From contig CAWHEU010000026.1 of NCBI GenBank assembly GCA_963828465.1, positions 1 to 64,000 on the forward strand: a stretch of DNA of 64,000 nt, written 5' to 3'. Below are positions 47,121 to 56,664 of the stretch, piece after piece (position 1 is the first letter of the stretch; the number at the start of each line of letters is the position of its first letter). Source of the stretch: an uncultured Acidobacteriota bacterium (lineage in GTDB: Bacteria; Actinomycetota; Acidimicrobiia; Spongiisociales; ZC4RG35). The translations under genes were made by a program, and so were the position numbers. The notes under the pieces are model-generated. The model had not been told where the DNA came from, made no database searches, and worked only from the letters and a program-made list of their open reading frames with translations.

Positions 47121-48134
47121 GTGCCCCGACCTCTTGTGACGACGATCGACATCCACTGCCATCTGGCCACCCCGGCCAGCCGAAGCCCGGTCGATGCACA
47201 TCGCAAACCAGAGCACGAGCCCTACGACTTCTATATGGGCCAGGACTCGCGGGATCACAACAAGGTGATGTACCCCGGGATCGTCGAACAGCTCACCAAC
47301 CCGGCGTCGCGCCTCCAGGACATGGACCGTATGGGCGTGGACATCCAGGGTTTGGCCACCTTCGTCTCGGAGTACCACTACTGGGCGCCCGCCGATCTCG
47401 CCGCGGAGTCGGCCCGCATCCAGAACGACAACGTGGCATCTATCGCGTCCGAGAACCCGGACCGGTTCGTCGCACTGGGGGCCACGGTCCCGCTTCAGGA
47501 TGTGGACCTGGCCATTGGCGAGATGGACCGGGCCGTCGACGAACTGGGATTCAAAGGTCTCCAGATCGGGGGCACGATCGATGGGCTCAACCTCGACGAT
47601 CCCGGCTTCCGCCCGTTTTGGGCAGCGGTCGAGGCGAAGGGGATCCCGGTCATCCTTCACCCGAGTGGCTATCCGGAAGGACAGCGTTTCGGCAGCTACT
47701 TCTTGACCAATTGCATCGGGAACCCGTTGGAGACGATGGTGGCTGCGACGAGGATGATCTTCAGCGGGCTCTTCGAGGATCACCCCGGGATCAAGCTGGT
47801 GCTCCTCCACGGCGGCGGCTATCTCCCGTTCTACAGCTCGCGGGCCGATCACACCTGGAAAGTTCGGCCCGAGACCCGTGTTGCGATCCCGGACCATCCT
47901 CCGAGCCACTACATGAAGAAGCTCTTTTACGACACCATGGTGTTCCAGCCGCTGTATCTGCGTCACCTGATCGAGATCGTCGGAGTCGACCGGGTGATGC
48001 TGGGGACGGATTACCCATTCGACATGGGTGAGACCGATCCACTCGGCCTGATCCACGCTACCGAAGGCGTGTCCGACGCGGACCGGGAAGCGATCACGGG
48101 ACTCAACGCCGCCCGTGTGTTCGACCTGGGCTGA
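47121..48134 (+). CDS. Amidohydrolase_2 (ACMSD-like) #4
   Basis: IDIHCH, RLQDMDRMGVD, ILHP, LHGGGYLP, YDT, LGTDYPFDM, NAARVF. Confidence 0.9.
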   Translation: MPRPLVTTIDIHCHLATPASRSPVDAHRKPEHEPYDFYMGQDSRDHNKVMYPGIVEQLTNPASRLQDMDRMGVDIQGLATFVSEYHYWAPADLAAESARIQNDNVASIASENPDRFVALGATVPLQDVDLAIGEMDRAVDELGFKGLQIGGTIDGLNLDDPGFRPFWAAVEAKGIPVILHPSGYPEGQRFGSYFLTNCIGNPLETMVAATRMIFSGLFEDHPGIKLVLLHGGGYLPFYSSRADHTWKVRPETRVAIPDHPPSHYMKKLFYDTMVFQPLYLRHLIEIVGVDRVMLGTDYPFDMGETDPLGLIHATEGVSDADREAITGLNAARVFDLG

Positions 48135-48142
48135 CCGGGTTC

Positions 48143-49444
48143 TCATTCCTGGGCCGGCTCGTATCGATAGTGGAAGAAGTCGGGGGCCCAGCGGGCGATG
48201 ACCAGGGCTCCGATGATGCAGGCGAGTCCGCCGGAGACGACGCTGAATCGAATCGAAGTGAGCTCGGCCACGATTCCCGCCTCGAGATCACCGAGCCTGG
48301 GCCCGCCCGCCACCACTGCTGTGTGCATCCCGGACATGCGCCCTCGCATCTCGTCAGGCGCGGTCAACTGGATGATGCTGCTCCGGAAGATCGCCGACAC
48401 GACATCGGCGGCGCCGGCGAAGCCCAACATGATGAGGGCGATGGTCAGCGAGTCGGTCAATCCGAACACCGCGATCGAGACGCCCCAGCCGATGACGGCC
48501 ATGACTGTCGCCCGCCCTTGGCGGCGCACCGATCCGACCCACCCCGAGGTGACGGCCCCGACCAACGCTCCGACCCCGGGCGCGGCATAGAGGAGCCCGA
48601 CCGTGAAAGCGTCTCCGCCAAACACCTCGGTGCCCATGGCTGGGAACAACGCGGTGGGCATCCCGAAGACCATCGCGTTGAGGTCGATTAGGAGAGCGGC
48701 CTGGATGACTCGCCGGCCCTTCAGATACCTGAAACCCTCGGTCACCGAGGAGAGCTCGAGCTTTCTCCCGCCCCCTTCCGTAGCCACATCTGGGACACGT
48801 CGCATGAGCGCGGCGCCGATCAGAAACATCACCACTTCTATCCCGTATGTGAAAGGGAGCCCCGCCGTGGAGATCAGCAGCCCGGCGACGGCTGGGAGGG
48901 CGGCGGCGGCGGCGGTGGTCAGAGTCTGGTTCAGTGCCAGCGAGGCGGGGAGGAGGGCACGCCCGACCAGACCAGGCACGATCGCATGACGGGCCGGCGA
49001 GTCGATGGCAGAAACGCCGGCGTTGATCGCAACCAGCACATAAATCAGCCAGATCATCGGTGTCTCGGCCATCGAGTTCCAGAGCAACCCGGTGGCGGTC
49101 ATCGCAAGGGTGAGCTGGGAGATGACCAGGAGCCTGCGGCGATTGATGGCGTCCGCCAGGGCCCCGCCAACCACCGATACCAGGAGCAAAGGCACCAACT
49201 GGGCCAGCCCCAGCAATCCGACGGCCAGGGTCGAGTCGGTGAGCTGGAAGATCTGGAAGGGCGCTGCGACGACGGTCATCATCCGGCCGGCGTGCACGAA
49301 GAACATCCCGGCAAAGAGCCAGCGATAACCCGGGACCTGGCGCAGTGGCGTCACGTCCACCACCGCCAACCGTCCCCAATTCCGCAGCCGATCCCTCAAC
49401 CGATCATCCTTCCCTGGCCTCGCCCGTGTGACCGTCGGGACCAC
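48143..49444 (-). CDS. MFS transporter (EntS/DHA3-like)
   Basis: DVTPLR, GGALADAINRRR, DSPARHA, DLNAMVFGMP, PDEMRGR, GGPRLGD. Confidence 0.88.
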   Translation of the reverse strand: MVPTVTRARPGKDDRLRDRLRNWGRLAVVDVTPLRQVPGYRWLFAGMFFVHAGRMMTVVAAPFQIFQLTDSTLAVGLLGLAQLVPLLLVSVVGGALADAINRRRLLVISQLTLAMTATGLLWNSMAETPMIWLIYVLVAINAGVSAIDSPARHAIVPGLVGRALLPASLALNQTLTTAAAAALPAVAGLLISTAGLPFTYGIEVVMFLIGAALMRRVPDVATEGGGRKLELSSVTEGFRYLKGRRVIQAALLIDLNAMVFGMPTALFPAMGTEVFGGDAFTVGLLYAAPGVGALVGAVTSGWVGSVRRQGRATVMAVIGWGVSIAVFGLTDSLTIALIMLGFAGAADVVSAIFRSSIIQLTAPDEMRGRMSGMHTAVVAGGPRLGDLEAGIVAELTSIRFSVVSGGLACIIGALVIARWAPDFFHYRYEPAQE

Positions 49445-49481
49445 CCGGGAAGCTGACCTGTTGTCTGCTCATTCTATGGGA

Positions 49482-50678
49482 TCATTCGAGGTCCACCCGA
49501 AGCGTCTCCGGCACCCTCCGCCACAGCACACCTGCGCCGATGAGCCCGACGCCGGCGACGGCGATCGAGGCCGCGCCAAGCGACAAAAGCGATGTCACCG
49601 CGGCTACCAACAAGGGTCCTCCTGCCGTCCCCAGGTCGCTGACCAGACGCCACACACCGAAGAACTGGCTTCGGCCGGCTTCGGGTGATAGATCCGAGCC
49701 AAGTGTCAAGTTCACCCCCGACCCCAGTCCGTTGGCCAGCCCCAACAGGAGGCTCACCAGGAACAAGCTGGCGAAATCGGTGGTCAATGGGATGAGTGCC
49801 ATCCCCAGCGACAGCAGTATGAGACTCGGGACGGCCACCCATTTTCTCCCCTTGGAGTCCATGAGCATCCCAACCGGGTAGAAGATCAGCATCTCGATCC
49901 CCGAGGAGGCCCCGAAGACGAGCGAGATCTGGCTGGGGCTCAGACCGAGATGATCTCCCCACAGCGGGATGACCGCCTGGCGTGCCGTTCGTAACACTTG
50001 GAACGTCACTGCCACCAAACCCGCTGTCCCCAGTATCCGTCGATGGTCGCGTATCACCTGGCGCATCGAGACGGGGACCGTTGCCACAGTCGCGGCCCGC
50101 TCGGGCTCGGGGGCAAGCACGAGCGTGACCGCCGCCGCCACCGCAAGAGCCGCCTGCATGAAGAAGGGTGCTACGAGCCCGAAGGGGATGATGAGGAGGC
50201 CACCGATGAGCGGGCCGATGAACTGACCGATTCGCATCGTTCCCCCCACCATCGACATGACCCGGCCCCGATGCGGCAGAGGTGTGGCCTCGGTTGCATA
50301 GGCGAGCCGTGCCAGAGCCCATATCGACCACGCTCCCCCCATGAGAAAGACGAGGGCCGCGAACACAGGGAGCGAAGGCCCCAACCCGATCCCGAGAGCG
50401 ACGAGCCCGAGTCCCGCCGTGGCGATGAGCATCGCCCACCGCTCACCGACCCGGGCGACGAGTTGGCCGGCCGGGAGGTCGAAGAAGAGGGTGCCGATGC
50501 CGCGGAGTGCGACGATCGCGCCGGCCATCGCCGGCGAGGCTCCGAGGTCCAGGGCGACCAGGGCGATGACGGGAGTGGCCGCCCCCTGGCCGATGGCGAA
50601 GAGGATGCCGGGCAGATAGACGGTCCGGGTGAGAGAGGCGACCCGAAACTGCCTGTCGCCGTGAGGGGTCTCGCTCAC
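49482..50678 (-). CDS. MFS transporter
   Basis: VYLP, DLPAGQLVARVGER, RGRVMS, MDSKGRK, FFGVWRL. GTGA overlap with the upstream gene. Confidence 0.88.
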   Translation of the reverse strand: MSETPHGDRQFRVASLTRTVYLPGILFAIGQGAATPVIALVALDLGASPAMAGAIVALRGIGTLFFDLPAGQLVARVGERWAMLIATAGLGLVALGIGLGPSLPVFAALVFLMGGAWSIWALARLAYATEATPLPHRGRVMSMVGGTMRIGQFIGPLIGGLLIIPFGLVAPFFMQAALAVAAAVTLVLAPEPERAATVATVPVSMRQVIRDHRRILGTAGLVAVTFQVLRTARQAVIPLWGDHLGLSPSQISLVFGASSGIEMLIFYPVGMLMDSKGRKWVAVPSLILLSLGMALIPLTTDFASLFLVSLLLGLANGLGSGVNLTLGSDLSPEAGRSQFFGVWRLVSDLGTAGGPLLVAAVTSLLSLGAASIAVAGVGLIGAGVLWRRVPETLRVDLE

Positions 50679-52978
50679 GCCCGAGCGGCGCCAATCGCCC
50701 CGCGCACCCACTCCGAGCTGATCGGGTGATGATTGACCACCGCGCCCGTGCCTTCGAGAGCGTGCTCGACGGCGGAGGCGACGGCAGCCGCGGCGGGGAT
50801 GGCACCTCCCTCGCCTGCCCCCTTGGCACCGAGTGGGTTGGTGGGTGACGGGGACTCGGTGTGGATCTTGGTTAGTGGAGGCATGTCGACTGCGGTCATC
50901 AGCCGGTAGTCCATGAACGAGGTCGTCAACGGTTGGCCGTCCTCGCTGTATTGGATCTGCTCCATCAAGGCGTTGCCCAACCCGTGGGCGACACCACCGT
51001 CGATCTGTCCGTTGACGATCATCGGATTGATGATCGTCCCGCAGTCGTGGACCACCACATAGTTCACGACCCTGACATGTCCGGTCTCGGGATCGACCTC
51101 CACTTCGGCGATGTGTGTCCCGTATGTGTAGGCGAGGCCGTCGAAAGGCAGAACCCGCTCCACTGACAGTCCCGGCTGCTGTTGGCCCTCGGGCAGCGAA
51201 TTGCCCTGCTTTGGCTGCAGCCCGGCGGCCAGATCGCCGAGAGGGATCTCGGATCCGGGCTGGCCTACAACCATGGCAACGCCGTCGGTGAGGACGATGT
51301 CTTCGGCTGATGCCTCGAGTCGCTGTGCGGTCAATTGCCTGATGGTCGTGGCCAGGTCCCCTGCGGCCAGATGCACGACGGACGCGGCCGTCTGGCCGGT
51401 GCGGCTGGCAACCGTGGCGATCCCATGTCCATACGCAGCGGTGTCGGCGCCCCGCACTCTCACCTGGGCCGGGCTGACTCCGAGGTGGGTGGCGCAGATC
51501 TGGGCGAAGACAGTGGCGTGTCCTTGTCCCTGGGAGCCGGTTCCAGTCTCCACGAGCACATCGCCGTTGGTCAACACCTCCACCCTTGCTCCTTCGTATG
51601 GCCCCAGCCCCGTGTCCTCGACGTAGGAGGCGAGGCCATAACCACGGAGAAATCCGTTGTCGGCGGAGGCTTTCTTTCTTGCCTCGAATCCGGCGATGTC
51701 CGCCGCCGTGATCGCGTTCTCCAAAGCCGCCTGATAGTCACCGCTGTCGTAGATGACCTTGCGGCCATCGGAGGCGAGAATGTCGACCTCGTAGGGAAGG
51801 TCGCCCGCAGGAACGAAATTGCGCTTCCGCACCTCAGCGCGGTCGATCCCCAACTCGCGGGCAATGGCGTCGACCAGGCGTTCCAGGGCGAAAGCGGCAT
51901 TGGGCCTGCCCGCACCCCTGATCGCCCCTGTTGGAGTGGCGTTGGTGAAGACCACGTCCACCGTGGCGTCCAGCGCAGCCACGGCATAAGGCCCAGAGAG
52001 GAGACGCAGGGTGGTCATCGGCACAACGATCCCGTAGGGCACGTACGCCCCGCAGTCATGTGTGAGCCGCGCTCGCAGGCCCAGGATGCGCCCCGCGCCG
52101 TCGACTGCCGCCTCGACCAGCCCGCTCTGCCCGCGTTGCTGGTTGGTGGCGACGAAGTGCTCTCTCCTTCGCTCGACCCATTTCACCGGTTGTCTCAGCT
52201 CGAGAGCGAGGGCGGCGACCACGTACTCCTCGGCGTATACGGCCGCCTTGGGGCCGAACCCGCCTCCGACATCAGGCGCCACGACTCGCACCTCGTCGGG
52301 GGAGAGACCCAAGTACGCGGCGATGTGAGCACGGACCGCATGTGGGGCTTGGCTCGAGGTCCAGACCGTGAGCCGCCGGTCGACGTCGTCCCATGCGGCG
52401 AGCACCGCCCGCCCCTCGATGGAGGCGAGGGCACCGCGATGCTGGTCGACCTCGATCGACACCACCCGTTCCGCTCGGTTGAACGCGCCGTCGATGTCTC
52501 CAAAGCCGGCGGCGAGGGTGCTCACCAGGTTCGATCCGGAGCCGTGATGCGCCGGTGCCGAGTCGGCGTCGAGCGCCTGGCGGTGATCGATGACCACCGG
52601 CAGTGAGCTGTAATCGACCTCAACGGAATCGGCGCAATCGACCGCCGCGGCCATCGTCCCGGCCACGACTACCGCGAGCGGCTCCCCGACGTAACACACC
52701 TCATCAACCGCGAGCGGAGATGCCTGGATCGATTGAGCGATGAGCGTCGACGGGTATTGGTTCGGCATCGGCCGGTCGAGGCTGAGGTCGGAAGCGGTGT
52801 ACATCCGGCCCTCGAGGTCTTCCCCGTCCATCGCGATCGAGTCGATCAAGGCGTGGGCCTCAACACTTCGCACGAACACGGCATGCACCATCCCGGCCAT
52901 AGTGATGTCGTCGACGTAGCGGCCCTGACCGGTGATCAACCTCGGGTCCTCTACCCGGCGCAGTGCGGACCCGATCAC
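50675..52978 (-). CDS. Xanthine dehydrogenase-family molybdopterin-binding large subunit (CoxL/CutL-like)
   Basis: RVEDPRLITGQGRY, SSQAPH, DVGGGFGPK, GAIRGAGRP, GQGHAT, DCGTIINP, GQIDGG, GAKGAGEGG. Confidence 0.92.
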   Translation of the reverse strand: MIGSALRRVEDPRLITGQGRYVDDITMAGMVHAVFVRSVEAHALIDSIAMDGEDLEGRMYTASDLSLDRPMPNQYPSTLIAQSIQASPLAVDEVCYVGEPLAVVVAGTMAAAVDCADSVEVDYSSLPVVIDHRQALDADSAPAHHGSGSNLVSTLAAGFGDIDGAFNRAERVVSIEVDQHRGALASIEGRAVLAAWDDVDRRLTVWTSSQAPHAVRAHIAAYLGLSPDEVRVVAPDVGGGFGPKAAVYAEEYVVAALALELRQPVKWVERRREHFVATNQQRGQSGLVEAAVDGAGRILGLRARLTHDCGAYVPYGIVVPMTTLRLLSGPYAVAALDATVDVVFTNATPTGAIRGAGRPNAAFALERLVDAIARELGIDRAEVRKRNFVPAGDLPYEVDILASDGRKVIYDSGDYQAALENAITAADIAGFEARKKASADNGFLRGYGLASYVEDTGLGPYEGARVEVLTNGDVLVETGTGSQGQGHATVFAQICATHLGVSPAQVRVRGADTAAYGHGIATVASRTGQTAASVVHLAAGDLATTIRQLTAQRLEASAEDIVLTDGVAMVVGQPGSEIPLGDLAAGLQPKQGNSLPEGQQQPGLSVERVLPFDGLAYTYGTHIAEVEVDPETGHVRVVNYVVVHDCGTIINPMIVNGQIDGGVAHGLGNALMEQIQYSEDGQPLTTSFMDYRLMTAVDMPPLTKIHTESPSPTNPLGAKGAGEGGAIPAAAAVASAVEHALEGTGAVVNHHPISSEWVRGAIGAARA

Positions 52979-53850
52979 CTTTCCAACCCGCCCAGGTCCT
53001 CCAGGTACCGGCACAAGGCGGCAGCGTCGAAGTCGCCGAGACCCGCCTCGCTCGACGCCTCGTAGATCGGGACCGCCGCATCGAGCAGAGGGGTCGGTGC
53101 GCCGACCGACCTCGCAAAGTCCCTTATCAATGTGGAGTCCTTGAGGAGGATGTCCAGGCGGGCGGCCGCCGGATAGTCGTCGGCGACCATCATCGGCCCG
53201 CGGATCTCGAAGATCTTCGACGATCCGACCCCGTCCTCCATCACTTCCTGGACGAGGGCCGGGTCGAGCCCGGCGGCGATGCCAAGGGCGTGCGCCTCGG
53301 CCGCGGCCAGACCGTGCACAGCCACGAGGAGGTTGGCTACATATTTCATCTTCGACCCGTTGCCGAACTCTCCCAGGTAGTGCGTGGAGCGGCCGATTGC
53401 GTCGAAGACCGGCCGAGCCTTCTCGAAACCCTCGCGGCTGCCCGAGGCGAAAACGACCAGCGTGGCGTCGGCGGCCTGGAGGCCAGTGCCCGACAGAGGT
53501 GTGTCGAGGAGGTCGACCCCTGCATCCGCCAGGACATCGCGGGCAGCGACCTTGGCCGCGAGGGGGAAGGTGCCCGTCTCGAGACAAACCAGACCGGGCC
53601 GATCTTGCTCCGCGATCTCGGCTGCTGCCGACGCCAGGGCGGCGGTGGTGGGCAGGGAGAAGATCACCAGATCAGATAGAGCGGCAATCTCGTCGGCCGA
53701 CTTCATCGGTTCGCCGCCCATGTCGGCGAAAGCGGAGACCCTGGCCGGGGCGATATCAAAGCCGAGCACCTCGTGTTCGGCCGCGATCAGGTTCCGAGCC
53801 ATCGCCGAGCCCATCACTCCGAGCCCGATGACTCCTATGGGCTCAGTCAT
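52975..53850 (-). CDS. Beta-hydroxyacid dehydrogenase family (HIBADH/GarR-like)
   Basis: IGLGVMGSAM, DTPLSG, GSKMKYVAN, LKD. Confidence 0.88.
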   Translation of the reverse strand: MTEPIGVIGLGVMGSAMARNLIAAEHEVLGFDIAPARVSAFADMGGEPMKSADEIAALSDLVIFSLPTTAALASAAAEIAEQDRPGLVCLETGTFPLAAKVAARDVLADAGVDLLDTPLSGTGLQAADATLVVFASGSREGFEKARPVFDAIGRSTHYLGEFGNGSKMKYVANLLVAVHGLAAAEAHALGIAAGLDPALVQEVMEDGVGSSKIFEIRGPMMVADDYPAAARLDILLKDSTLIRDFARSVGAPTPLLDAAVPIYEASSEAGLGDFDAAALCRYLEDLGGLER

Positions 53851-55390
53851 CCTCGAGTCCTTGCACGAACAGGGTCGACACGATGCCGTTGTGTCCGTCC
53901 ACTGCCACGATTTGCTCACCGGGCGGGAGGCTCACCCCGCACACGGCGGGGACCCTGAGGGCGCGTGCGGACTCGAAGAGGTGGGCCGCAGAGCTACCCG
54001 ATTCCGTCACGAGGCCGGCGGCGTCCCAGAGCAAGGGGGCCAGATTGGGTATGGGCTGTGAGGCGACGATCACGGCGCGTGGCCGGTAGTTCGTGGCCAA
54101 CCCGTCGGGAGGGTATTTCCCTGCCGAGACGCCTGCCCCGAGGCCCGGGGAGGCCCCGACACCCTGTTGCCGGGTGCCGGCGCCGAGGACGACCGAGGCG
54201 ACGAATGGCTCCCATCGGCCGATCCCGCGTCTGGGGGCGGGGTCATCTCGCTCCAATCGTTGCACCAGGGCCCAGAGCGATGCGGCGGGCTCCGGATCGG
54301 GGGGCCGCAGATTCCCGACCACCTCCAGGGCAGGCAGAGGATCAGGCCCGAGCAGCGCGGTCATGCACGCTCGGGCTGCGGCCAATGCCTGTTCAGCGGG
54401 CAGCCCCCATACCTCGGAGGTCAGACTGTCACGCATCTGGTAGGCGAGGGCCATCGCATCGTGGGGAAGGTTGCCAACATGTGGCTCGGCGGTGGGAAAG
54501 CCCCCCAGGGCCCAGGGGAGGATGAGCTCGTCGCCGAGACGGCTCCCCGCCCTGACCACCACCCGGGCTATGGGCACGAGACCAGTGTCGACGGGGTAGG
54601 ACGGAGTGTCCGGAGGCTGAATCGGAGCCTCGCCTTCGGCCAGCTGCAGCAGCCAGACCCGCTCGTCCAGCCCCCATTCACAGCGGTTGGCGCCCAGTGA
54701 CGCCCGTGCGCGGTGCAACGCGTCGGCGATATCGTCGAGGGTCTCCACACCGAGAAGATCGACCAGCTCGTCGCCAATCCAATTCCCGCCCTCGCCACGT
54801 GTTGCTTCCATCCCCGCGCTCCAGCCCTGGAGGAGTGCGGCGGGTGAGCCCTTCACACCGATCACCACGATCGATCCGCTCCCCTCGATCGTGGCCGTGC
54901 CCCCAGCCACCGGATCCAAAGCAGGCTGGATGAGGACCGCCATCGGGACCGACCCTGGGTCGACTCGTGCCGCGTCCTGACGCTCTAGTGCATCGACGGA
55001 GAACGCCGAAGCCCAGCAACCGGTGACCGCCCGGGGTAAGTCCGTGGGGGACAGGTCGAGATACGAGGTGAAGGCGCCCGACCACTCCCCCGAAGATTCG
55101 ATGATCGTCGAGGAACGGGCCACCAGAACGTCGCCGAGCCGTGCCCCTCGCTCGACCAGTTCGTCAGCGAACGGGACCGGTGCCGCGGTCAACGCCAGCC
55201 GGGCCCCGCCGGAGCCGCGGGTTGCCAGTATCTCGACCCCGAGCTGCATATGGGCGAGCGAGTCGACCGCGTCGACCACGAGTCCGGGCAGGACCGGGAG
55301 CCCGGCTCGCCTGGCCATGGCGAGCCAGGCGGCCTTGGCCCCGACCCTGGCGGGGTCGAGGGCGGCCTCATGGTCGAGGTCGTGGATCAA
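53843..55390 (-). CDS. Compact PEP-utilising/dikinase-like phosphotransferase (ATP-grasp-like N-domain plus C-terminal His swivel)
   Basis: VGAKAAWL, GLPVLPG, VARSS, SGAFTSYL, CWASAF, MAVLIQP, CEWG, LLQ. C-terminal GVGASPG...GLVTESGSSAAH...LRVPAV...VDGHNG. Confidence 0.78.
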   Translation of the reverse strand: MIHDLDHEAALDPARVGAKAAWLAMARRAGLPVLPGLVVDAVDSLAHMQLGVEILATRGSGGARLALTAAPVPFADELVERGARLGDVLVARSSTIIESSGEWSGAFTSYLDLSPTDLPRAVTGCWASAFSVDALERQDAARVDPGSVPMAVLIQPALDPVAGGTATIEGSGSIVVIGVKGSPAALLQGWSAGMEATRGEGGNWIGDELVDLLGVETLDDIADALHRARASLGANRCEWGLDERVWLLQLAEGEAPIQPPDTPSYPVDTGLVPIARVVVRAGSRLGDELILPWALGGFPTAEPHVGNLPHDAMALAYQMRDSLTSEVWGLPAEQALAAARACMTALLGPDPLPALEVVGNLRPPDPEPAASLWALVQRLERDDPAPRRGIGRWEPFVASVVLGAGTRQQGVGASPGLGAGVSAGKYPPDGLATNYRPRAVIVASQPIPNLAPLLWDAAGLVTESGSSAAHLFESARALRVPAVCGVSLPPGEQIVAVDGHNGIVSTLFVQGLEDD

Positions 55391-55396
55391 ACCCGG

Positions 55397-56635
55397 TCAG
55401 ATGACCGAGATGATCTCGTGTGAGGCGTAGCTGGAGACCATCTCGATTCCCGTGTCAGTCACGTAGAGCATCTCCTCGAGACGCACGCCGTGGTCGTGGA
55501 GCTTTCCGTGTTGGGTCTCGAGGGCGAATGTCATGCCTGGCTGTATCTCGACCGGGTAGTCGAGCGACCAAATGCGGGATATGACCGGCGGGTCGTACTG
55601 AGCGAGACCGAGACCGTGTCCCCAGAAGTTCGCCGCCGCTTGGTCCTCCTCCTCGTAACCCCACACCTCCTTGGCCGAGGGCCATTTCGAGGCCACATCG
55701 GCGGTGGTGACCCCAGGCCCGGTCGCCTCGATGGAGTCCCAGAGCCATTTGTGGGCCAGGTCGTAGGTCTTCTGATGCTCGTCGGTCGGTTTGCCCCCGA
55801 CGCAATAGGTGCGATAGACGCACGACTTGAAGCCGTTCCAGGTGAGGGCGGCCAGGTCGACGATCACCAGCTCCCCGGGGCGGATCATCCGGTCCGAGAA
55901 GTTCCTCCAGTTGGGCCAGGCGTTGGGGCCCGAGGAGACAATGACATCCTCGACGTCCTCCATGCCGGGCAGGGAGTACAGCTTCTCGAAGCCGAAGGCC
56001 GCCACCTCGTTCTCGGTGAGCCCGGGTTTGATGAAGTTGGTGATCTCGTAGTGGACGTAGTCACAGATGGCGCCAACGATGGAGAACGCCTTGATCTCAT
56101 CGGGGCTCTTGATGGCCCGGGCCTCCATCATCGGGGTCATACCGTCGGTCCAACTGATCCCGCGCTCCTCGAACTGCTTGATCAGGTTGATGTCGATGAA
56201 GTCGACGCCGAGCGGCTGATCCTTGACTCCTGCCTCCTCCAGGTCGTTGAGCAGGGAGTTGACGAACTTGGTGACCTGCTGCTCGGCGGCAGGGCCGACC
56301 GCTCCCTTGATCCAGGAGTAGGAGTAGCGGATGTTCTCTTCCGGGATCCAGGGGTTGTGCACCTTGAGGTGGAAGCCGATGTCACCCTGCTCGTAGACGA
56401 TCGGGGGCTTGCCGGCGGTGAGGACGACGTAGCGGAGACCCGGCTTGAGACGGTTCCAGCCCGGGGTCAGCGTCGAGGAGACATACCTCATGTTCTCGTC
56501 ATACATGAGGAGGAGGGCTCCGAGACCGTGGCGCTCCATAGCGGCGTGGGCCCGCTTCAGCCTCCAATCACGCACCTTGGCCCAGTTGATGCCCTCTTTC
56601 CAGTCGGTGCTCAGCCCGAAGAACGCTTCTCTCAT
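55397..56635 (-). CDS. M24 (Xaa-Pro/creatinase-like) hydrolase
   Basis: ARAIKSPDEI, IKPGLTENE, IVDL, SCVYRT, GHGLG, PGMTFALET, GVRLEE. Confidence 0.88.
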   Translation of the reverse strand: MREAFFGLSTDWKEGINWAKVRDWRLKRAHAAMERHGLGALLLMYDENMRYVSSTLTPGWNRLKPGLRYVVLTAGKPPIVYEQGDIGFHLKVHNPWIPEENIRYSYSWIKGAVGPAAEQQVTKFVNSLLNDLEEAGVKDQPLGVDFIDINLIKQFEERGISWTDGMTPMMEARAIKSPDEIKAFSIVGAICDYVHYEITNFIKPGLTENEVAAFGFEKLYSLPGMEDVEDVIVSSGPNAWPNWRNFSDRMIRPGELVIVDLAALTWNGFKSCVYRTYCVGGKPTDEHQKTYDLAHKWLWDSIEATGPGVTTADVASKWPSAKEVWGYEEEDQAAANFWGHGLGLAQYDPPVISRIWSLDYPVEIQPGMTFALETQHGKLHDHGVRLEEMLYVTDTGIEMVSSYASHEIISVI

Positions 56636-56664
56636 CCCTAATCATGCCTCCGTGGGTTTCTTCG

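Noticed and set aside
46164-48146. 660-aa EamA fusion, and likewise the 970-aa CoxL ORF 50675-53587
   Set aside because: The N-terminal extensions overlap other real genes. True starts are at 47093 and 52978.
50675-52978. Aerobic CO dehydrogenase (form I CoxL)
   Set aside because: Lacks AYRCSFR, and no coxM/S/D/E genes are present.
53843-55390. PEP synthase/PPDK or a true rifampin-resistance rph
   Set aside because: No pyruvate-binding barrel, a middle domain far shorter than in RPH, and an unrelated operon context.
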